Shown: piece by piece, positions 62,020 to 64,000 of the stretch
How the letters are laid out: every line of letters begins with the position of its first letter
How positions within the stretch are numbered: position 1 is the stretch's first letter
DNA from: Anthoceros angustus
Lineage: Eukaryota; Plantae; Anthocerotophyta
NCBI GenBank assembly: GCA_010909165.1
Contig: MU008162.1
Coordinates: 1,240,001-1,304,000 of the forward strand
Direction: 5' to 3'
DNA length: 64,000 nt
Made by a program: the position numbers and the translations under genes
Notes under the pieces: generated by a model
Told to the model about the DNA's origin: nothing
The model's database searches: none
Seen by the model: the letters and a program-made list of their open reading frames with translations, nothing else

Positions 62020-62308
62020 CCTACGAGAAGCGTCCAGTTCGGAGGACGTCCACAATAGTGCGGGCCCCGGGAAGGTACTCCAGCACCAAGACAACTCCGC
62101 CTTCCGAATCAAACGAAGCAAGCAGCTGCACAATGTGGGGGTGCTGAAGGGGCTGAAGCCTGTGATGGATCTCCATGGCCAGTTCCTTCTTGCATCAAAT
62201 AGGATTCAGAATTTCCTTCAAGGCCACAAGACGGCCGTTGGATCCTCGACGAGCTTTGTACACGTTGTCACGGCGTCCCCCTATTCGCTCTAGCACCTCG
62301 TACTGATC
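62020..62308 (-). pseudogene. Ser/Thr protein kinase N-lobe remnant
   Basis: Manual translation: DQYEVLERIGGRRDNVYKARRGSNGRLVALKEILNPI*CKKELAMEIHHRLQPLQHPHIVQLLASFDSEGGVVLVLEYLPG, with in-frame stops and no C-lobe seen. Confidence 0.7.
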
Positions 62309-62868
62309 AATTACTGGAGAAGCGCGCACCAGCGAACCAGCTTGACCTCCCGCCATTCCTCCTCACTGCTGTATGAATCCGGACCAGCAGCTGGTAGCCT
62401 TCCCGTTCTCCTTGATAACGCTCGCAAAAAACGGCAGCACGAGTATATGTATCGTGGACGCTCACAATGCTGTCCCCAAGGCCTCGTCTCCGATTCCCTC
62501 ACTCATGCATGCCCAGGCTGGGATCAAGACCATTCCCCTCCTTCTAACCAATATCATCTCCAGCGGGCAAATGCAAATCCAGGAGCCACGGAAACTGTGC
62601 CCCCATTCCCGATCAGATCGACTGAATAATGGCTATGGCCTGCTGCAGGAGAGTGACATTGCCGCTGGTTCGTCTTCAAACGAGGAATGCTGCATGATCT
62701 GGAACTTCTCCCTTGGAATCACGAAGATCGCCGATGTTTGGGAAACTGTTTTAAATCAACAACAATAAACGAGGAAAACCATGGCATGCCCGTCCTTTGA
62801 GAAAGCCCGTTTCTTTTGTTTGCTTCTTCATGTGCCGATGGATGTAATGGAGTCCCAGGCTGTGTACA

Positions 62869-63425
62869 ATGCAGGAGCTGGCGCTGTCCCAGACCCAGAG
62901 GTGTCACCAGCTCCATAAGGAGGCATACGAGTGGTTTCAAATCAGCTTCGACAAATTCGGGCGGACTTCCACAGCGCAGCAGACCGAAACATGCCCGGCT
63001 GTGTTCCACAAACTGCTCACCAGGGGCCAGCTGGTGGAGAGCAAGATGGAGCAGCTCTACTGCCTGGCCTGTCAGCGATTCCTTGCGGATAGGTTTGTGG
63101 AATGCACGTGTCCCATTTCTGGCTGTGGCTACGAGGAAGCCAATGTGATCGATGCAGCAAGCGTTTGAAGGCCACTGTCCTTGTTGAGCCGAGGTGTAAG
63201 GGCTGCGGGAACTTTCCGGAAATTCGTGAATCGGAGCGTGTTTGTCTGGATCTCACCAAGCTCCAGGACCAGGTGGAGGAGTATATTGGCAAGGCGTCTG
63301 CTGCCGGGGTTTGGAGTCAGAACGCTGTGCAGACGACAAGAGCGTGGATTAGAGATGGCCTTGAACCCTGCCGCATCACTAGGGATTTAGAATGGGGAGT
63401 GCCAGTGCCGGTGGAGGGCTTCTCT
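62869..63425 (+). pseudogene. Cytosolic methionyl-tRNA synthetase internal fragment
   Basis: HKEAYEWFQISFDKFGRTST..QLYCLACQRFLADRFVECTCP..GCGYEEA, then after a frameshift QCDRC..WSQNAVQTTRAWIRDGLEPCRITRDLEWGVPVP. No HIGH or KMSKS regions seen nearby. Confidence 0.8.
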
Positions 63426-64000
63426 CGCTCACGGGTACTGGGATGGGGACCATGAGTAGGTACCTTTCCTTATTCCTCACGAAGAGTATTGTCCTGCAAG
63501 GCATTCCCTTTCAAGGCAAAGGGAGACGCTGGGATGGTCGGGGGATGCTACGGGGAACTATGCTGGTCTGCCCGCACCTTTGATCCTGCCCGCACCACAT
63601 CTGCTGGTGCGTGGAAGGTTGAATCCATATCCATCCGAAACGCTGCGATACGAAAAAAGATTCCTGGCAGTGAGCTGCACCACTGGCCACAGCCAAGGGA
63701 CTGCTGGCTTCCGCAGGGCCAGCAAGGTGTAATCATGACATGTTCGAGACAGGGGGAGAACGCGCGCTGGCGTTGGGACGTGCCGGGTGCAGATATGCTC
63801 ATAAGAGCGAGCCACAATTCTTCAGCACACGACTTAGAATTTCAACGATTTTCAAGTTTCCGCTCAATTCAGGCTGTCACGCATCTAATCAGCAGCATAG
63901 AGGGCCTCATTCGTGCAGAAACGCACGCCCTAAGTTGGACGCAAGGGCGAGCTTCACTCTGTCCAGAGAGACTTGATCGCCGTGAGAAACATCCAGGTCT

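Overview
Eukaryotic land-plant nuclear DNA, most likely a hornwort such as Anthoceros. This is inferred from short ~80-130 bp GT-AG introns, compact gene spacing and a GRP-type DYW:KP PPR gene. Genes: 5' part of FKGP, an unknown coiled-coil gene, tRNA-Lys(CTT), CYP704B, two tandem PLS-PPR genes (one complete with a DYW:KP/GRP deaminase, one truncated), intronless eIF2-alpha, a BRCT+PHD gene, quinolinate synthase and a GABA-transaminase-like gene. Fragments of a kinase, MetRS and an RNA Pol IV/V-like largest subunit are also present. Positions ~5-28 kb are a decayed transposon/repeat island with three Sola-like DDE transposase remnants, two CRE-type RLE retrotransposon remnants, an LTR/PBS duplication and several satellites. 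Top observations: (1) both PPR genes carry an N-terminal OSB-type PDF (ssDNA-binding) motif, fused to a putative U-to-C editing PPR-DYW:KP protein; (2) a 2-kb minisatellite that grew out of the 3' half of a tRNA-Asp-like pseudogene; (3) PPR duplicates diverged at RNA-code positions while their upstream DNA is nearly identical; (4) a hammerhead-like core, a perfect 33-bp-arm palindrome, and a 7-bp to 21-bp heptad repeat transition. Frameshifts in otherwise conserved genes suggest long-read consensus errors, so pseudogene calls are provisional.
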